Notes: generated from the letters alone by a model not told the origin. DNA of 64,000 bases from Candidatus Limnocylindria bacterium (GCA_035514295.1 DATKBB010000068.1:135-64134), one strand, 5' to 3'; counted from the stretch's first letter, positions 44,535-56,252 are shown. Numbers and translations are program-made.

Positions 44535-45056
44535 GTGAGCGGCCCGGTCGATCCTCCGCCGGAGGGTCGCCTGGTGGTCGGCCTGGTGCGCGGCCTGCAC
44601 GGACTGCGTGGTGCCCTGCGCGTCGAGCCCCTGACGGATAGCGCAGAGCGCTTCGAACCGGGCAGCGTGATGTTCGCCGAGGGCTCCAGCCAGCCGCTCA
44701 CCGTGGTCGAGGCGCGCCCCTCAGCGCCCGGCCTGGTCGTTCGTTTCGCCGAGCTGCTCGACCGTGCCGCGGCCGAGGCGCTGCGCGACACCTATCTCGA
44801 GGCGAACGTCGGCCAGCGCCCGGCGGAGGGCTGGTATTGGCACGAGATCGTGGGCTGCCGCGTGCTGACCTCGCGCGGCGAGGAGCTGGGTACGGTCGAC
44901 GACGTGATGCGCGTCGGCGAGGCCGAAGTTTACGTCGTGCAGGGCGCGCGGGGCGAGGTGCTCGTGCCGGCGGTCGGGTCGGTCGTGCTGGAGCTGGTGC
45001 CGGACCGGAAGCACATGGTCGTAGATCCGGTGGCGCTCGGGCTGGAGGACGCCTGA
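44535..45056 (+). CDS. rimM: 16S rRNA processing protein RimM
   Basis: GTG 44535. Motifs: [23 protein letters not shown]...[11 protein letters not shown]...GEVLVPAV. Confidence 0.9.
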   Translation: MSGPVDPPPEGRLVVGLVRGLHGLRGALRVEPLTDSAERFEPGSVMFAEGSSQPLTVVEARPSAPGLVVRFAELLDRAAAEALRDTYLEANVGQRPAEGWYWHEIVGCRVLTSRGEELGTVDDVMRVGEAEVYVVQGARGEVLVPAVGSVVLELVPDRKHMVVDPVALGLEDA

Positions 45057-45058
45057 GC

Positions 45059-45742
45059 TTGCTGCGCATCGAATTGTTGACCATCTTCCCCGACCTGTTC
45101 CCCGGCCCGCTGGGGGCCAGCATCACCGGGCGGGCGCTCGAGCGCGGGCTGGCCACGCTGGAAGCACACGACCTGCGCCGCTGGGGCCTGGGCCGGCACC
45201 GCAGCGTGGACGACTACCCCTACGGCGGCGGAGCGGGCATGATCCTCCGGCCAGAGCCGGTTGCCCAGGCGCTCGACGAGCTCAGCACGCCCGACACGAC
45301 ACGCATCCTGCTCGACCCGGCCGGCCGGCCCTTCAGCCAGGCGCTCGCCGGCGAGCTGGCAGCCGCATCCCACCTGCTGCTGATCTGCCCCCGCTACGAG
45401 GGCGTCGACGACCGAGTCCGCTCGATGGTCGAGCTGGAGCTGTCGATCGGTGACTACGTCCTGAGCGGCGGTGAGCTGCCGGCGATGGTCGTCATTGACG
45501 CCGTGCTACGCCTGCTGCCGGGCGCGATCGATGAGGCCTCGCCGCTCGACGAGTCGTTCGCCGCCGGCCTGCTGGAGTATCCGCAGTACACCCGTCCGGC
45601 CGAGTTCCGCGGCCTGACCGTTCCGCCCATCCTGCTCAGCGGCGACCACGGAGCCGTCGAGCGCTGGCGGCGAGAGCAGGCCATCGTCCGTACGCGCGAG
45701 CGGCGGCCGGACCTGCTGGGCGAGAGCGCGGACGAGCCGTAG
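45059..45742 (+). CDS. trmD: tRNA (guanine37-N1)-methyltransferase TrmD
   Basis: GGAGGA lies 9 nt before TTG 45059. Motifs: [11 protein letters not shown]...[13 protein letters not shown]...[12 protein letters not shown]...[16 protein letters not shown]. Confidence 0.95.
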   Translation: MLRIELLTIFPDLFPGPLGASITGRALERGLATLEAHDLRRWGLGRHRSVDDYPYGGGAGMILRPEPVAQALDELSTPDTTRILLDPAGRPFSQALAGELAAASHLLLICPRYEGVDDRVRSMVELELSIGDYVLSGGELPAMVVIDAVLRLLPGAIDEASPLDESFAAGLLEYPQYTRPAEFRGLTVPPILLSGDHGAVERWRREQAIVRTRERRPDLLGESADEP

Positions 45743-46000
45743 CGGCACGCCGCGGGGGGAGGGTGGCCGGGCACAACGAATGCGCGGAGCGTTCTGCGCA
45801 GCATCAGGCCAGCTCCATTGGCCTGATCGACGTCCAGAACCCTCTCGACACCACAAAGGCCAACCTCGCTGGCCGGATCGATGCGTAGACTGCGCGATGG
45901 CGGGCTCCGACATCTGTAGGGCCAACCGGGCTGGCATCCGACGCATCCGACGACTGGCCGGCCCACGGGATGTCCGCGGCCAGCCTGCCTGCGCCGATGC

Positions 46001-46006
46001 TATACT
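46001..46006 (+). promoter_or_regulatory. Candidate -10 box TATACT (+ccggcgcc) for rplS
   Basis: gcTATACTccggcgcc lies about 75 nt upstream of the rplS TTG start, inside a 337-nt spacer. Confidence 0.4.
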
Positions 46007-46079
46007 CCGGCGCCGATCCCAGAGACACGTGGACGCCGCCTCCCCATGGCCGCGCTCCGGCACGAAAGAGACAACTTCC

Positions 46080-46427
46080 TTGAGCGTTATCGACGAGATC
46101 GCCGCCGAACAGCTGCGCACGGACCTGCCCGAGCTCGCCTCGGGTGACACGGTCAAGGTCCACGCCCGCGTCCGCGAGGGCAACCGCGAGCGCATCCAGA
46201 TTTTCGAGGGCACGGTCATGCGCCTGCGCGGCGGCGGCATAACCCGCTCGATCACCGTGAGGAGCGTCCGCAGCGGTGTCGGCGTGGAGCGCACCTTCAA
46301 GATCAACTCGCCGCGCATCGACAAGATCGAGGTCGTGCGCCACGGCGTGGCCCGCCGCGCCCAGCTCTACTTCCTGCGCAAGCGCGTGGGCAAGGCCGCC
46401 TCACTGCGCGAGCGCCGGCCGAGCTGA
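46080..46427 (+). CDS. rplS: 50S ribosomal protein L19
   Basis: TTG 46080. Motifs: [47 protein letters not shown]...VERTF. Confidence 0.9.
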   Translation: MSVIDEIAAEQLRTDLPELASGDTVKVHARVREGNRERIQIFEGTVMRLRGGGITRSITVRSVRSGVGVERTFKINSPRIDKIEVVRHGVARRAQLYFLRKRVGKAASLRERRPS

Positions 46428-46487
46428 CCTGGGCCGGCAGTTTGCCCGCCGCTCGGAACACCGCCTGATCGGCTAGCCTAATCCGCG

Positions 46488-47210
46488 ATGGCGGTCATCG
46501 TCCCGACCCGGCGGCTGGAGCTCAAGCTGGCCCGCGAGAGCGGCTACCGCGTGATTCTCGGCCTCGACGAGGTGGGCGTGGCTCCGTCCTGTGGCCCGGT
46601 GGTGGCCTGCGCGGTGGCCATGCCCCTCGATCGGCGCCCTATCAAGGGCGTGCGCGACTCGAAGACGCTGCCGGCAGCGCAGCGGGATCGGCTGGCCCGC
46701 GCCATCCTGCGGCGGGCGATCAGGGTGGGCATCGGGGCGGCGTCCGTGGCCGAGATCGACCGCTTGAACATCTACTACGCAACGGTGCTGGCCATGCAGC
46801 GTGCCGTAGCGCGCGCCGGCAGCCACGACTTCGTCATTGTCGACGGCCGGCGCATCCGCGGATTCGAGGAACACGCCGGGCCCTATCGCGCGGTCATCGA
46901 CGGCGACGCTCTGTGCTACGCGGTGGCCTGCGCCTCGATCGTGGCCAAGGTCACGCGCGATCGGCTGATGCGCAAGCTGGCCGCGCGCTACCCGGGTTAC
47001 GGCTGGGAGCACAACGCCGGCTACGCCACGCCCGACCATCGTGCCGGCATGAGCAGCCTGGGCGTTACGCCCCACCACCGGCGCAGCTTCATTACCACCC
47101 AGCGTGTTCTCGCCGGCGAGCAGCTGGCCCTGCTGATGGAGGAAACGCCCGAGGCCGAGGCGACGGACTCGACCGCCTCGGATCGGCATCTCGTCGGCGC
47201 CGGCGCGTGA
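46488..47210 (+). CDS. rnhB: Ribonuclease HII (variant lacking the GRG motif)
   Basis: GLDEVG..., RDSKTL, IDRLNIYYATVLAMQRAV, IVDG, ASIVAKVTRD, and HHRRSF. GVA replaces the canonical GRG after DEVG. Confidence 0.9.
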   Translation: MAVIVPTRRLELKLARESGYRVILGLDEVGVAPSCGPVVACAVAMPLDRRPIKGVRDSKTLPAAQRDRLARAILRRAIRVGIGAASVAEIDRLNIYYATVLAMQRAVARAGSHDFVIVDGRRIRGFEEHAGPYRAVIDGDALCYAVACASIVAKVTRDRLMRKLAARYPGYGWEHNAGYATPDHRAGMSSLGVTPHHRRSFITTQRVLAGEQLALLMEETPEAEATDSTASDRHLVGAGA

Positions 47211-47318
47211 CCACTGATGGAGCCCGCCGGGACGTGGCAGCGGCGGAACCGCGCATCGATAGCGGGCTGATAACCGCGGCGTAAGTCCGCGGTAAGCGCC
47301 GACTATCAGACTGGCGGC

Positions 47319-47720
47319 ATGGCCGCCCGGCGTACGACCCAACGTCAGCGCCGCGGCGCCTGGGCAGAGGACATTGCCGCCGCGCACCTGGGCTCGCTCG
47401 GCTGGCGGGTGATGGGCCGAAACCTTCGCGTGGGGCGTGACGAGATCGACCTGCTGGCCCTCGAACCCGGGCCACCGCCCGCGCTGGTGGTGGTGGAGGT
47501 CCGCGGGCTTCACTCGAAGCTGTTCGGGGCTCCCGAGGAACGCGTCGATCGGGCCAAGGTCGGCAGGCTGTACAGGGCCGCCGCGGCACTTCGCTCGGCC
47601 GGCTGCCTGCCGGGCGGCGAACGGCTGCCAGCGCTGTCCTGGCGGGTAGACCTCGTCCTGGTTGATGCTCGGGAGGGCCCGCCGCGGCTTCGCCACATGC
47701 GCGCCATCGAGCCGCCCTGA
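47319..47720 (+). CDS. yraN: YraN-family (UPF0102) endonuclease-like protein
   Basis: GAWAEDIAAAHLGSLGWRVMGRNLRVGRDEIDLLA...VVVEVR..., in the conserved position after rnhB. Confidence 0.85.
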   Translation: MAARRTTQRQRRGAWAEDIAAAHLGSLGWRVMGRNLRVGRDEIDLLALEPGPPPALVVVEVRGLHSKLFGAPEERVDRAKVGRLYRAAAALRSAGCLPGGERLPALSWRVDLVLVDAREGPPRLRHMRAIEPP

Positions 47721-47782
47721 GAGCGTCGAACGGCGTGGCTTCCGTGGTAGCCGGGTAGCCGACCGGCCCACCGCCCACCCTG

Positions 47783-47791
47783 TGCTAGACT
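47783..47791 (+). promoter_or_regulatory. Candidate extended -10 element (TGcTAGACT) upstream of rpsB
   Basis: cccTGTGCTAGACTccgcgg lies about 160 nt upstream of the rpsB ATG. Confidence 0.35.
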
Positions 47792-47950
47792 CCGCGGCGG
47801 CCGGCGACCAGCCGGCTGGCGCGGCCCAAACCGCGTACATCACACACGCGTGTCGTTCCCGCGAGGTTGCCGAGGCGCCCACGCAGCGCCCGGTCGGCGG
47901 GTCCCAAAACGCACGCGGAGGTCCAAACCGAACCAGGAGGTCCACGCCCA

Positions 47951-48838
47951 ATGCCGTCCGTCTCGATGCGCCAGCTGCTGGAAGCCGGAGTCCACTTCGG
48001 CCACCAGACCCGGCGCTGGAATCCCAAAATGCGCCCGTTCATCTTCGCCGAGCGCAACGGGATCCACATCATCGACCTTGCCCAGACCGTCAAGCGCCTC
48101 GACTCCGCGCTCGACTTCGCCCGCGAGACAGTTGCGAACGGCGATTCGATCCTCTTCGTGGGCACCAAGAAGCAGGCCCAGGAGCCCGTCGCCGAGGAGG
48201 CCACGCGGGCCGACATGCCTTACGTCAACCAGCGCTGGCTGGGCGGCATGCTGACCAACTTCGTGACCATCCGAAAGCGGCTCGGCCTGCTCGAGCAGCT
48301 CGAGGCGCGCCAGCTGGCAGGCGAGTTCGACCGGCTCTCCAAGAAGGAGGCCAGCCGCCTGACCGACGAGCTGACGCGGCTGCACCGCATGCTGGGCGGC
48401 GTGCGGCGCATGCGTCGCCTCCCCGGCGCGTTGTTCGTGATCGACCCGCAGCGTGAGCGGATCGCCATCACCGAGGCACGCAAGCTGGAGATCCCGATCA
48501 TCGGTACGGGCGACACGAACGTCGATCCCGATCAGCTCGACTACATCATCCCTGCCAACGACGATGCCATCCGGGCCATTCGGCTGCTCTGCACGGTGGT
48601 CGCCGACGCGGCCATCGCCGGTGCGCAGGAGCGGGCTGCGCGGCCCGCGCCCGAGCCCGAGGCCGTGGTCGAAGCGCAGGAGGAGGCCTCCGACGAGATG
48701 ATGGCCGCCCTGGTCGCCGGCGGCACCTTCAGCTTCGAGCCCGAGCCGGACGAGGACGAGCCGCTGCTGCCCATGGAGGGCGCAGATGGCGCGGAGGCCG
48801 AGGCCGTCACGACGGCCGACGACGAGCCGGCGGCCTGA
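47951..48838 (+). CDS. rpsB: 30S ribosomal protein S2
   Basis: AGGAGG precedes ATG 47951. Motifs: [22 protein letters not shown]...GIHIIDL, plus an acidic C-terminal extension. Confidence 0.95.
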   Translation: MPSVSMRQLLEAGVHFGHQTRRWNPKMRPFIFAERNGIHIIDLAQTVKRLDSALDFARETVANGDSILFVGTKKQAQEPVAEEATRADMPYVNQRWLGGMLTNFVTIRKRLGLLEQLEARQLAGEFDRLSKKEASRLTDELTRLHRMLGGVRRMRRLPGALFVIDPQRERIAITEARKLEIPIIGTGDTNVDPDQLDYIIPANDDAIRAIRLLCTVVADAAIAGAQERAARPAPEPEAVVEAQEEASDEMMAALVAGGTFSFEPEPDEDEPLLPMEGADGAEAEAVTTADDEPAA

Positions 48839-48891
48839 TCGGCCCGACGACCGGCGCACGAACTCAGACCACACGAGCACGAAGGACAGCA

Positions 48892-49497
48892 ATGGCCCAG
48901 ACAGGTATGTCGGCAGAACTGGTGAAGGAGCTCCGCGAGCGGACAGGCGCGGGCATGATGGACTGCAAGCGCGCGCTGGAGGAGAGCGGCGGCGACCTGG
49001 AGAAGGCCGTCGCGCTGCTGCGCGAGCGCGGCGTGGCTTCGGCTGCGCGCAAGGCCGGCCGCGAGGCACGCGAAGGCCTGGTGGCCAGCTACATCCATCC
49101 CGGTGGACGCCTGGGCGTGCTGATCGAGGTGAACAGCGAGACGGACTTCGTCGCGCGCAACGAGGAGTTCCAGCGGCTGGTGCGCGACCTGGCCATGCAG
49201 GTGGCCGGCCTGGCCCCGGAGTACGTGACGGTCGACGACATCCCGGCCGATGCGCTGGAGGCCAAGCGCGCCGAGCTGGCCGCCGATGCTGCTGTGCTGG
49301 CCAAGCCGGAGCACATCCGCCCCCAGATCGTGGAGGGCCAGCTGCGCAAGTGGTACCAGTCGGTGGTGCTCTACGAGCAGCCCTTCCGCGACAGCGATCA
49401 GACCGTCGGCCAGCTGGTGACCGACGCCGTGGCGCGCATCGGCGAGAACATTCGCGTCCGGCGCTTCGTCAGGTACCAGCTCGGGGAGGAGCTGTGA
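48892..49497 (+). CDS. tsf: Elongation factor Ts (short form)
   Basis: [38 protein letters not shown]...[16 protein letters not shown]. Confidence 0.95.
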   Translation: MAQTGMSAELVKELRERTGAGMMDCKRALEESGGDLEKAVALLRERGVASAARKAGREAREGLVASYIHPGGRLGVLIEVNSETDFVARNEEFQRLVRDLAMQVAGLAPEYVTVDDIPADALEAKRAELAADAAVLAKPEHIRPQIVEGQLRKWYQSVVLYEQPFRDSDQTVGQLVTDAVARIGENIRVRRFVRYQLGEEL

Positions 49498-50291
49498 GCG
49501 AGGCGCTCAGCCAGCCCGTGGCTGCCGCCACGGCACAGGCCGACCCCGCCGCGGCCGCGGGCACCGGCCGCTACCGGCGCATCGTGCTGAAGGTCAGCGG
49601 CGAGGCGCTGCTCGGGCGGCTGAGCTACGGCGTGGACCCCGAGATGTGCGCCTTCATCGCCCGCCAGGTGGGCGAGGTGCGCGGACTGGGCGTGGAGGTC
49701 GCGCTGGTGGTCGGCGGCGGCAACATCTTCCGCGGACTGGCCGCCTCGGCCAAGGGCATGGAGCGGTCGACGGCCGACTACATCGGCATGCTGGCCACCG
49801 TCATGAATGCGCTGGCCCTGCAGGATGCGCTTGAGAAGGCGGGCATCGAGACGCGCGTGCTCTCGGCCATTGCCATGAACGAGGTCGCCGAGCCCTACAT
49901 CCGCCGACGGGCGATGCGCCATCTCGAGAAGGGGCGCGTGGTCATCCTGGCCGCCGGCACGGGCAATCCGTACTTCACGACCGACACCGCCGCCGCCCTG
50001 CGCGCGGTCGAGATCGGCGCACAGGTGCTCCTCAAGGCGACCAAGGTGGACGGCGTCTACGACGACGATCCGTTCACCAATCCCAATGCGCGCCGCCACG
50101 AGCGCCTGTCCTACGATCAGATGATCGACGACCGATTGGCGGTCATCGATGCCACGGCGGTCACGCTGTGCATGGAGAATGACCTGCCCATCGTCGTCTT
50201 CGACTTGAACGAGCCGGGTCACATCCGGGCGGCCGCGCTGGGCGAGCCGGTAGGCACCCTGATCGACGGAGGAGAGCGCCATGACCGATGA
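49494..50291 (+). CDS. pyrH: UMP kinase
   Basis: GTG 49494 overlaps the tsf stop. Motifs: [13 protein letters not shown]...[10 protein letters not shown]...[16 protein letters not shown]...[17 protein letters not shown]. Confidence 0.9.
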   Translation: MSEALSQPVAAATAQADPAAAAGTGRYRRIVLKVSGEALLGRLSYGVDPEMCAFIARQVGEVRGLGVEVALVVGGGNIFRGLAASAKGMERSTADYIGMLATVMNALALQDALEKAGIETRVLSAIAMNEVAEPYIRRRAMRHLEKGRVVILAAGTGNPYFTTDTAAALRAVEIGAQVLLKATKVDGVYDDDPFTNPNARRHERLSYDQMIDDRLAVIDATAVTLCMENDLPIVVFDLNEPGHIRAAALGEPVGTLIDGGERHDR

Positions 50292-50841
50292 CGTCCGCCG
50301 CGACGCCGACGTGCGCATGAAGCGCGCCCTCGATGCCCTCGAGCGTGAGCTGGGCGCGATCCGCACGGGCCGCGCCTCGCCGGCTCTCGTCGAGCGGCTC
50401 GCAGTCGAGTACTACGGCACGTCCACGCCACTCAACCAGCTGGCCAGCATCAGCGTGCCGGAGGCGCACAGCATCGTCATCCAGCCCTGGGACCGCAGCG
50501 CGCTGGGAGCGATCGAGAAGGCCATCCTGAAGAGTGACGTGGGGCTGACGCCCAACGTCGACGGAACCGTCGTGCGGCTGACCATTCCGCCGCTGACCGA
50601 GGAGCGTCGCAGAGACCTAGTCCGGCTCGTCCACAAGCGCATGGAGGAGGCGCGCGTGGAGATCCGCAACCACCGGCGTGACGTGGCCGACGAGCTCAAG
50701 CGCCTCGAGCGCGAGGGCGAGGTCGGCGCGGACGAGGCACGCCGCGAGCTCGACGCGCTGCAGAAGCAGACCGACCGCTGGACGCAGGAGGTCGATCGCG
50801 TGGGCAAGCACAAGGAACAGGAGATCCTGGAGGTCGCGTGA
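50281..50841 (+). CDS. frr: Ribosome recycling factor
   Basis: [26 protein letters not shown]...IQPWD...[14 protein letters not shown]-type motifs. Confidence 0.95.
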   Translation: MTDDVRRDADVRMKRALDALERELGAIRTGRASPALVERLAVEYYGTSTPLNQLASISVPEAHSIVIQPWDRSALGAIEKAILKSDVGLTPNVDGTVVRLTIPPLTEERRRDLVRLVHKRMEEARVEIRNHRRDVADELKRLEREGEVGADEARRELDALQKQTDRWTQEVDRVGKHKEQEILEVA

Positions 50842-51596
50842 CCTCCCTCGGCGTGGCCAGCTCCGCGGCCCGGCCAGGTGCCGGCGAGGATGCGGCACAG
50901 CCGGAGGGGGCTGACCTGCTGCCCCGCCACGTGGCCATCATCATGGATGGCAACCGTCGCTGGGCACGCCTGCACGGCAAGCCCGAGGCGGAGGGTCATG
51001 CCGCGGGCGTAGCCGCCATTCGGCCCATCGTCGAGCGCGCCGCCCAGCGTGGAGTGGCTGCCCTGTCGATCTTCGCCTTCTCACGCGAGAACTGGGCGCG
51101 CGCCAGCGAGGAGGTGGAGACACTCTTCTCACTGCTCGAAGCGGCCATCCGCGACGAAACCCCCGAGTTGGTCCAGCAGGGTATCCGGGTGGCCATCCTG
51201 GGCCGGCTGGAAGAGCTCCCAGAACGCACGCGGCACTCCATCCGTGACGCGCTCGAGCAGACCAGCGGCGGAACGACGATGGTCCTCAACGTGGCCTTCA
51301 ACTACTCCGGCCGATCGGAGATCGTCGACGCCGCCCGCCACGCAATCAATGACGGCCTGACCGCGCAGCAGATCGACGAGACGGCCTTGAGCGCGCGGCT
51401 GTACTCCGCCGGTCTGCCAGAGCTCGACCTGCTGATCCGCACCGGCGGCGAGCAGCGCATCAGCAACTTCCTCATCTGGCAGGCGGCCTACGCCGAGCTG
51501 TACTTCAGCGACCGGCTGTGGCCAGACTTCGACCCGACCGCCTTCGACGCCGCCCTGGCCGAGTACGCCCGGCGCTCACGCCGTTTCGGTCGCTGA
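50838..51596 (+). CDS. uppS: Undecaprenyl diphosphate synthase (cis-isoprenyl transferase)
   Basis: PRHVAIIMDGNRRWA, SIFAFSRENW, RTGGEQRISNFLIWQAAYAELYF. Confidence 0.95.
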   Translation: MTSLGVASSAARPGAGEDAAQPEGADLLPRHVAIIMDGNRRWARLHGKPEAEGHAAGVAAIRPIVERAAQRGVAALSIFAFSRENWARASEEVETLFSLLEAAIRDETPELVQQGIRVAILGRLEELPERTRHSIRDALEQTSGGTTMVLNVAFNYSGRSEIVDAARHAINDGLTAQQIDETALSARLYSAGLPELDLLIRTGGEQRISNFLIWQAAYAELYFSDRLWPDFDPTAFDAALAEYARRSRRFGR

Positions 51597-51604
51597 CCGG
51601 CCAG

Positions 51605-52441
51605 ATGCTCGCCGTCCGCCTCGCCACGGCGGCCATCCTGATCCCCATCCTGGTCGTCGTGCTGTGGGCCGGCGGCCCGCTCCTCGTCGTCGCCGTAGGG
51701 CTGATCACGCTGCTCGCCGCTGGGGAGGTGGCCAACCTGCTGCGCCGCGCGGGCCTGCCCGTCAGCACGCCGGTGGTTGCCTTGCTGGCAGTCCTGAGCG
51801 TGCTCGACGCTGCCTATGCGCCCTTCGGCTCGAGCTGGGCGGTGCAGGGCTGGATCGTGCTGCTGGTGCTGCTGGCCATGCTGCTGACGCTCCGCAAGCA
51901 GGACATGCGCGAAGCCGTCCACAGCATGATCGGGACCATCTTCGGCGCGCTCTACGCCGGCCTGCTGGCCTACCTGTTGCGCATCCCGCTGACCGTCGCC
52001 TCTGACGCCGCCCAGGGTCCGCTGGTCGAGCTCCTCGACCCCGGCCGCGCCTGGCTGCTGGTGCTGGTGCTCGGCGTGTGGGCCTACGACAGCGCCGCTT
52101 ACGTGACGGGCAGACTGTGGGGTCGCGGCCGCTTCTTCGCGCATATCTCCCCCAACAAGACCTGGAGCGGCACCATCGGTGGCAGCGTCGCAGCAGTGCT
52201 GGCCTGCGCGGGACATGGGCTGCTCATCGGTCGGCCACTCGAGGCGGCGGGGCTGGGGCTGCTGATTGCCGTCGCCGCGCCGGTGGGGGACCTGGTGGAG
52301 TCGGTCCTCAAGCGGGCGGCAGGCGTGAAGGATTCTGGCCAGCTGATCCCGGGCCACGGCGGCATGCTGGACCGAGTCGACTCATTCGTCACTGCCGCCC
52401 CGGCGGCCTGGCTGTACCTCGCTTTCCTCGGCCTTGTCTGA
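51605..52441 (+). CDS. cdsA: Phosphatidate cytidylyltransferase
   Basis: Multi-TM protein with the C-terminal signature SPNKTWSG...GDLVESVLKRAAGVKDSG.LIPGHGGMLDRVDS. Confidence 0.9.
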   Translation: MLAVRLATAAILIPILVVVLWAGGPLLVVAVGLITLLAAGEVANLLRRAGLPVSTPVVALLAVLSVLDAAYAPFGSSWAVQGWIVLLVLLAMLLTLRKQDMREAVHSMIGTIFGALYAGLLAYLLRIPLTVASDAAQGPLVELLDPGRAWLLVLVLGVWAYDSAAYVTGRLWGRGRFFAHISPNKTWSGTIGGSVAAVLACAGHGLLIGRPLEAAGLGLLIAVAAPVGDLVESVLKRAAGVKDSGQLIPGHGGMLDRVDSFVTAAPAAWLYLAFLGLV

Positions 52442-53633
52442 GCGCACGCGGGTCGCCCTGCTCGGCTCGACCGGCTCCATCGGCCGGCAGGCGCTCGACG
52501 TGCTCGAGGCACATCCGGAGCGCTTCGAGGTGGCCGCGCTTGCCGCCGGCCGGGACGCGTCGAGGCTGGCCGAGCAGTTGGCGCGCCACTCCCCGCGTCT
52601 CGTCGCGCTTGCCGACGAGCAGGCCGCCTCGCACCTGGAGCTGCCCGCCGGCAGCCGGCTGGTGGGCGGCGCGGCCGCGCTGGAGGAGATTGCCGCCGAC
52701 GAGGGCATCGATTTGGTGCTGGTGGCCACGGGCGGGATCGTCAGCCTGGCGCCCGTCCTCGCCGCGCTGCGGGCGGGCACGATCGTGGCCACCGCCAACA
52801 AGGAGACGCTGGTGGCGGGCGGTCACCTGGTAATGCCGCTGGCGCGCGCGCTGGCCCATGGCAAGGGTGCGGCAGCCGCGCTGGCGTGGCTGCGGCCCAT
52901 CGACTCCGAGCACTCGGCCATCTGGCAGTGCGTGGCCGGCGAGGAGCGCTCGGATGTGGCCCGTCTCGTGCTGACCGCCTCGGGCGGGCCTTTCCGGCAG
53001 TGGCCGTCCGAGCGGCTGGCCCGCGCCACGGCGGCCGACGCCCTGGCCCACCCCACCTGGAGCATGGGAGCCAAGATCACCGTCGACTCGGCCACGCTGA
53101 TGAACAAGGGGCTGGAAGTGATCGAGGCACGCTGGCTGTACGATGTGGCCTACGATCGGATCGAGGTTGTAATCCACCCCCAGAGCATCATCCACTCCCT
53201 TGTCGAGTTCGCCGACGGCTCGCTCAAGGCCCAGCTTGGATTGCCCGACATGCGCATTCCCATCCAGTACGCCCTGACCTATCCGCGTCACCTGCCCTCG
53301 CCCGCGCCACGCGTCGTGCTGGCGGCTGTGCCCGAGTTGTCCTTCGAAGCGCCCGACGAGGAGCGCTTCCCGGCCCTCGCGCTGGCCCGTGAGGCAGGCA
53401 GTCGGGGCCCGCGCGCGAGCGCCGCTCTGATCGCCGCCGACGAGGTGGCCGTGGCGCGCTTCCTCAGCGGCGGGCTCGACTTCCCGGGCATTACCGCGCT
53501 CTGCGCCGAGGCGGTCGCCCGCCACGCCGGCGGCCCGCCCGAACCGGACCTGCCCGAGCTGCTGGAGCTCGACAGTGAGGTCAGGGCCTGGGCGGCAACC
53601 TTCGGACGGGCGGAGGCGTCCCACGCGTCATGA
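52434..53633 (+). CDS. dxr: 1-deoxy-D-xylulose-5-phosphate reductoisomerase
   Basis: VALLGSTGSIGRQALDV, ANKE.LV, PIDSEHSAI.Q, LTASGGPF, NKGLEVIEA, HPQSIIHS. Confidence 0.95.
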   Translation: MSERTRVALLGSTGSIGRQALDVLEAHPERFEVAALAAGRDASRLAEQLARHSPRLVALADEQAASHLELPAGSRLVGGAAALEEIAADEGIDLVLVATGGIVSLAPVLAALRAGTIVATANKETLVAGGHLVMPLARALAHGKGAAAALAWLRPIDSEHSAIWQCVAGEERSDVARLVLTASGGPFRQWPSERLARATAADALAHPTWSMGAKITVDSATLMNKGLEVIEARWLYDVAYDRIEVVIHPQSIIHSLVEFADGSLKAQLGLPDMRIPIQYALTYPRHLPSPAPRVVLAAVPELSFEAPDEERFPALALAREAGSRGPRASAALIAADEVAVARFLSGGLDFPGITALCAEAVARHAGGPPEPDLPELLELDSEVRAWAATFGRAEASHAS

Positions 53634-54754
53634 TCGACGGCCTCATCAACATCCTGCTGCTGCTCGTAATCCTGGTCGTGCTGGTGGTCATCCACGAGCT
53701 GGGCCACTTCATCGTCGCCCGCCGGGCGAAAGTGATCGTGCACGAGTTCGGCATCGGCTTCCCGCCGCGGGCCAAGGTGCTGGGCAACGACGGCGAGACG
53801 ACCTACACGCTCAACTGGCTGCCGCTGGGCGGTTTCGTGCGCCTGGAGGGGGAGGAGGGGGAGTCGGACGACCCGCGCAGCTTCGTGCGCCAGCCGCTGC
53901 GCACGCGCCTGGCCATCCTGCTGGCCGGCGTGGTCATGAACTTCCTACTCGCCTTCCTGCTCTTCGCCCTGATTGCCGGCGTGGCCGATCCCAGCGCCGG
54001 CGTGCGTGTGCTCTCCGTGCAGGACGACTCGCCCGCCGCCGAGGTCGGCCTGCAGGGCGGCCGGCAGATCGACACGGCTGCCGACGGGACACCGATCTAC
54101 GACGACAGCGGTGACCTCATCGTGGCCATCGACGGGCAGCGCTTCCCCTGGTTCGACCTGCCCGAAGGCCCAACCGCGGCCATCCTCTACCTGAGCGAGC
54201 GGCCCTCGACCACGGTCACGCTGACGGTGCAGCGTCCCGACGGCAGCGTGGAGGACATCCGTGCCACGACGCGCAGCGCCGAGGACATAGCAGCGCGCCG
54301 TGGCCCGCTGGGCTTCTCGCCGGCCTTCCAGCCGGGCGAGACGATCGCCCGCGACCCGGTCAGCGCCATTGCGGTCGGTGCGGAGCGCACGCTCGACGCA
54401 TCGACGCTGATCCTGCGCGCGCTGGGCGACTTCGTCACCAACCTGGGCGACCCGGAGGTCTCCGGGCCCATCGGCATCGTGGGTGCCATCGGCGTCGTCC
54501 GCGAGCAGGCTCCGCCGGTCTTCATGCTCTATCTGGTGGCGCTGCTGTCGGCCAACCTGGCCGTCATCAACGCGCTGCCGTTCCCGCCGCTCGACGGCGG
54601 GCGGGTGGCGGTGTCGCTCATCCAGGCCGTGACCCGCAACCGCCTCAGCGAGGCCGCCGAGCGGATGGTCTACCTGACCGGTTTCGTGCTGCTCATCATG
54701 CTCATCATCTGGATCAGCTACTTCGACATACAAAGGCTCGGCACGGGCACGTGA
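53630..54754 (+). CDS. rseP: Site-2 (RIP) zinc metalloprotease RseP/RasP, M50 family
   Basis: [10 protein letters not shown], a PDZ-like middle region, and [19 protein letters not shown] 53630 overlaps the dxr stop. Confidence 0.9.
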   Translation: MIDGLINILLLLVILVVLVVIHELGHFIVARRAKVIVHEFGIGFPPRAKVLGNDGETTYTLNWLPLGGFVRLEGEEGESDDPRSFVRQPLRTRLAILLAGVVMNFLLAFLLFALIAGVADPSAGVRVLSVQDDSPAAEVGLQGGRQIDTAADGTPIYDDSGDLIVAIDGQRFPWFDLPEGPTAAILYLSERPSTTVTLTVQRPDGSVEDIRATTRSAEDIAARRGPLGFSPAFQPGETIARDPVSAIAVGAERTLDASTLILRALGDFVTNLGDPEVSGPIGIVGAIGVVREQAPPVFMLYLVALLSANLAVINALPFPPLDGGRVAVSLIQAVTRNRLSEAAERMVYLTGFVLLIMLIIWISYFDIQRLGTGT

Positions 54755-56085
54755 CGGTCGAGGGCCGGCCGGGCACTGTGCCAGCCCAGCCCGCCATCCA
54801 GCAGGGGCGCCGCGAGGTGGGCACGGTCGAGGGCGAGCCGCACCTGCCCGGTCGCCGGCAAACGGTCAGCGTCGACGTCGGTGGGGTGCGCATCGGCTCG
54901 CGCCATGCCATCGTCGTGCAGTCGATGACGAACACCGACACGGCCGACGCGGACGCCACCGCCCTGCAGGTGGCCGCCTTGGCCCACGCCGGCTCGGAGC
55001 TCGTGCGCATCACGGTCAACAACGACGCGGCGGCGGCCGCCGTGCCGGCGATCAGGCGCAAGCTGGATGACCTGGGCGTGGGCGTGCCCTTGATCGGCGA
55101 CTTCCACTACAACGGCCACCAGCTGCTGGTCGAGCACCCCGAGATGGCCGGCGCACTGGCCAAATACCGCATCAACCCCGGCAACGTGGGGGCCAAACGG
55201 CGCGACGAGAATTTCGCCACGATCATCCGCGTCGCTCTCGGCAACGATCGACCGGTGCGCATCGGCGTCAACTGGGGCTCCCTCGACCAGGCCCTGCTGA
55301 CCCAGCTGATGGACGAGAACGCGCGGCTGCCGGAGCCGGCAGATTCGCGCGAGGTGATGATCGAGGCCATGATCGCCTCTGCCCTGCGCTCGGCCGAGCT
55401 GGCCGAGGAGACCGGGCTGGCCCACGATCGGATCGTCATCAGCGCCAAGGTGTCGGGCGTGCGCGACCTGGTCGAGGTCTATCGCAAGCTGGCCGCCCGC
55501 TGCGACTACCCGCTGCATCTCGGGCTCACCGAGGCGGGCATGGGCATGAAGGGGACTGTGGCCTCGACGGCCGGCCTGGCCATCCTGCTGGGGGAGGGCA
55601 TCGGCGACACCATTCGTGTCTCGCTGACGCCGGCTCCGGGCGGCGACCGCACAGAGGAAGTGCAGATTGCCCAGCAGGTGCTCCAGTCGCTCGGCCTGCG
55701 CTCGTTCACGCCGCAGGTCTCTGCCTGTCCCGGCTGTGGCCGCACGACGAGCACCTTCTTCCAGGAGATGGCCCAGCAGATCCAGGGTTACCTGCGGGCG
55801 CAGATGCCGGCCTGGGCCGAGCGCTATCCGGGGGTCGAGGAGATGCGCGTGGCGGTGATGGGCTGCGTTGTCAACGGACCGGGTGAATCGAAGCACGCCG
55901 ACATCGGCATCTCACTGCCGGGCACCTTCGAGGAGCCGGTGGCGCCGGTCTACGTGGACGGCGGGCTGCGCACTACGCTGCGTGGGGAGGGGCTGGTGGC
56001 CGAGTTCATCGGGCTCCTCGAGGCCTACGTCCAGCAGCGCTACGGCCAGAGCGGGGCGGAAGTGTCGCGCCCGCCGACCAGTTGA
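54751..56085 (+). CDS. ispG: 4-hydroxy-3-methylbut-2-enyl diphosphate synthase
   Basis: [30 protein letters not shown], and CPGCGRT with a later GCVVNGPGE. It has the long insert form. The start is uncertain. Confidence 0.9.
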   Translation: MTVEGRPGTVPAQPAIQQGRREVGTVEGEPHLPGRRQTVSVDVGGVRIGSRHAIVVQSMTNTDTADADATALQVAALAHAGSELVRITVNNDAAAAAVPAIRRKLDDLGVGVPLIGDFHYNGHQLLVEHPEMAGALAKYRINPGNVGAKRRDENFATIIRVALGNDRPVRIGVNWGSLDQALLTQLMDENARLPEPADSREVMIEAMIASALRSAELAEETGLAHDRIVISAKVSGVRDLVEVYRKLAARCDYPLHLGLTEAGMGMKGTVASTAGLAILLGEGIGDTIRVSLTPAPGGDRTEEVQIAQQVLQSLGLRSFTPQVSACPGCGRTTSTFFQEMAQQIQGYLRAQMPAWAERYPGVEEMRVAVMGCVVNGPGESKHADIGISLPGTFEEPVAPVYVDGGLRTTLRGEGLVAEFIGLLEAYVQQRYGQSGAEVSRPPTS

Positions 56086-56252
56086 CCGACGATCGGACGG
56101 CCGACCTGGGTCGCCGGTTCACTGGTCGAGATTCGAATACAAGTTGACCGGCCTCGCCGGCTGCCGGCCGCTCGCGCGCGGGTGGCGGCGCTCCGCCGGT
56201 CACATCGTCGCCCAGCGCGACCGCCGGCGCTCAGGGCCTGGGGCCGGCTGCG

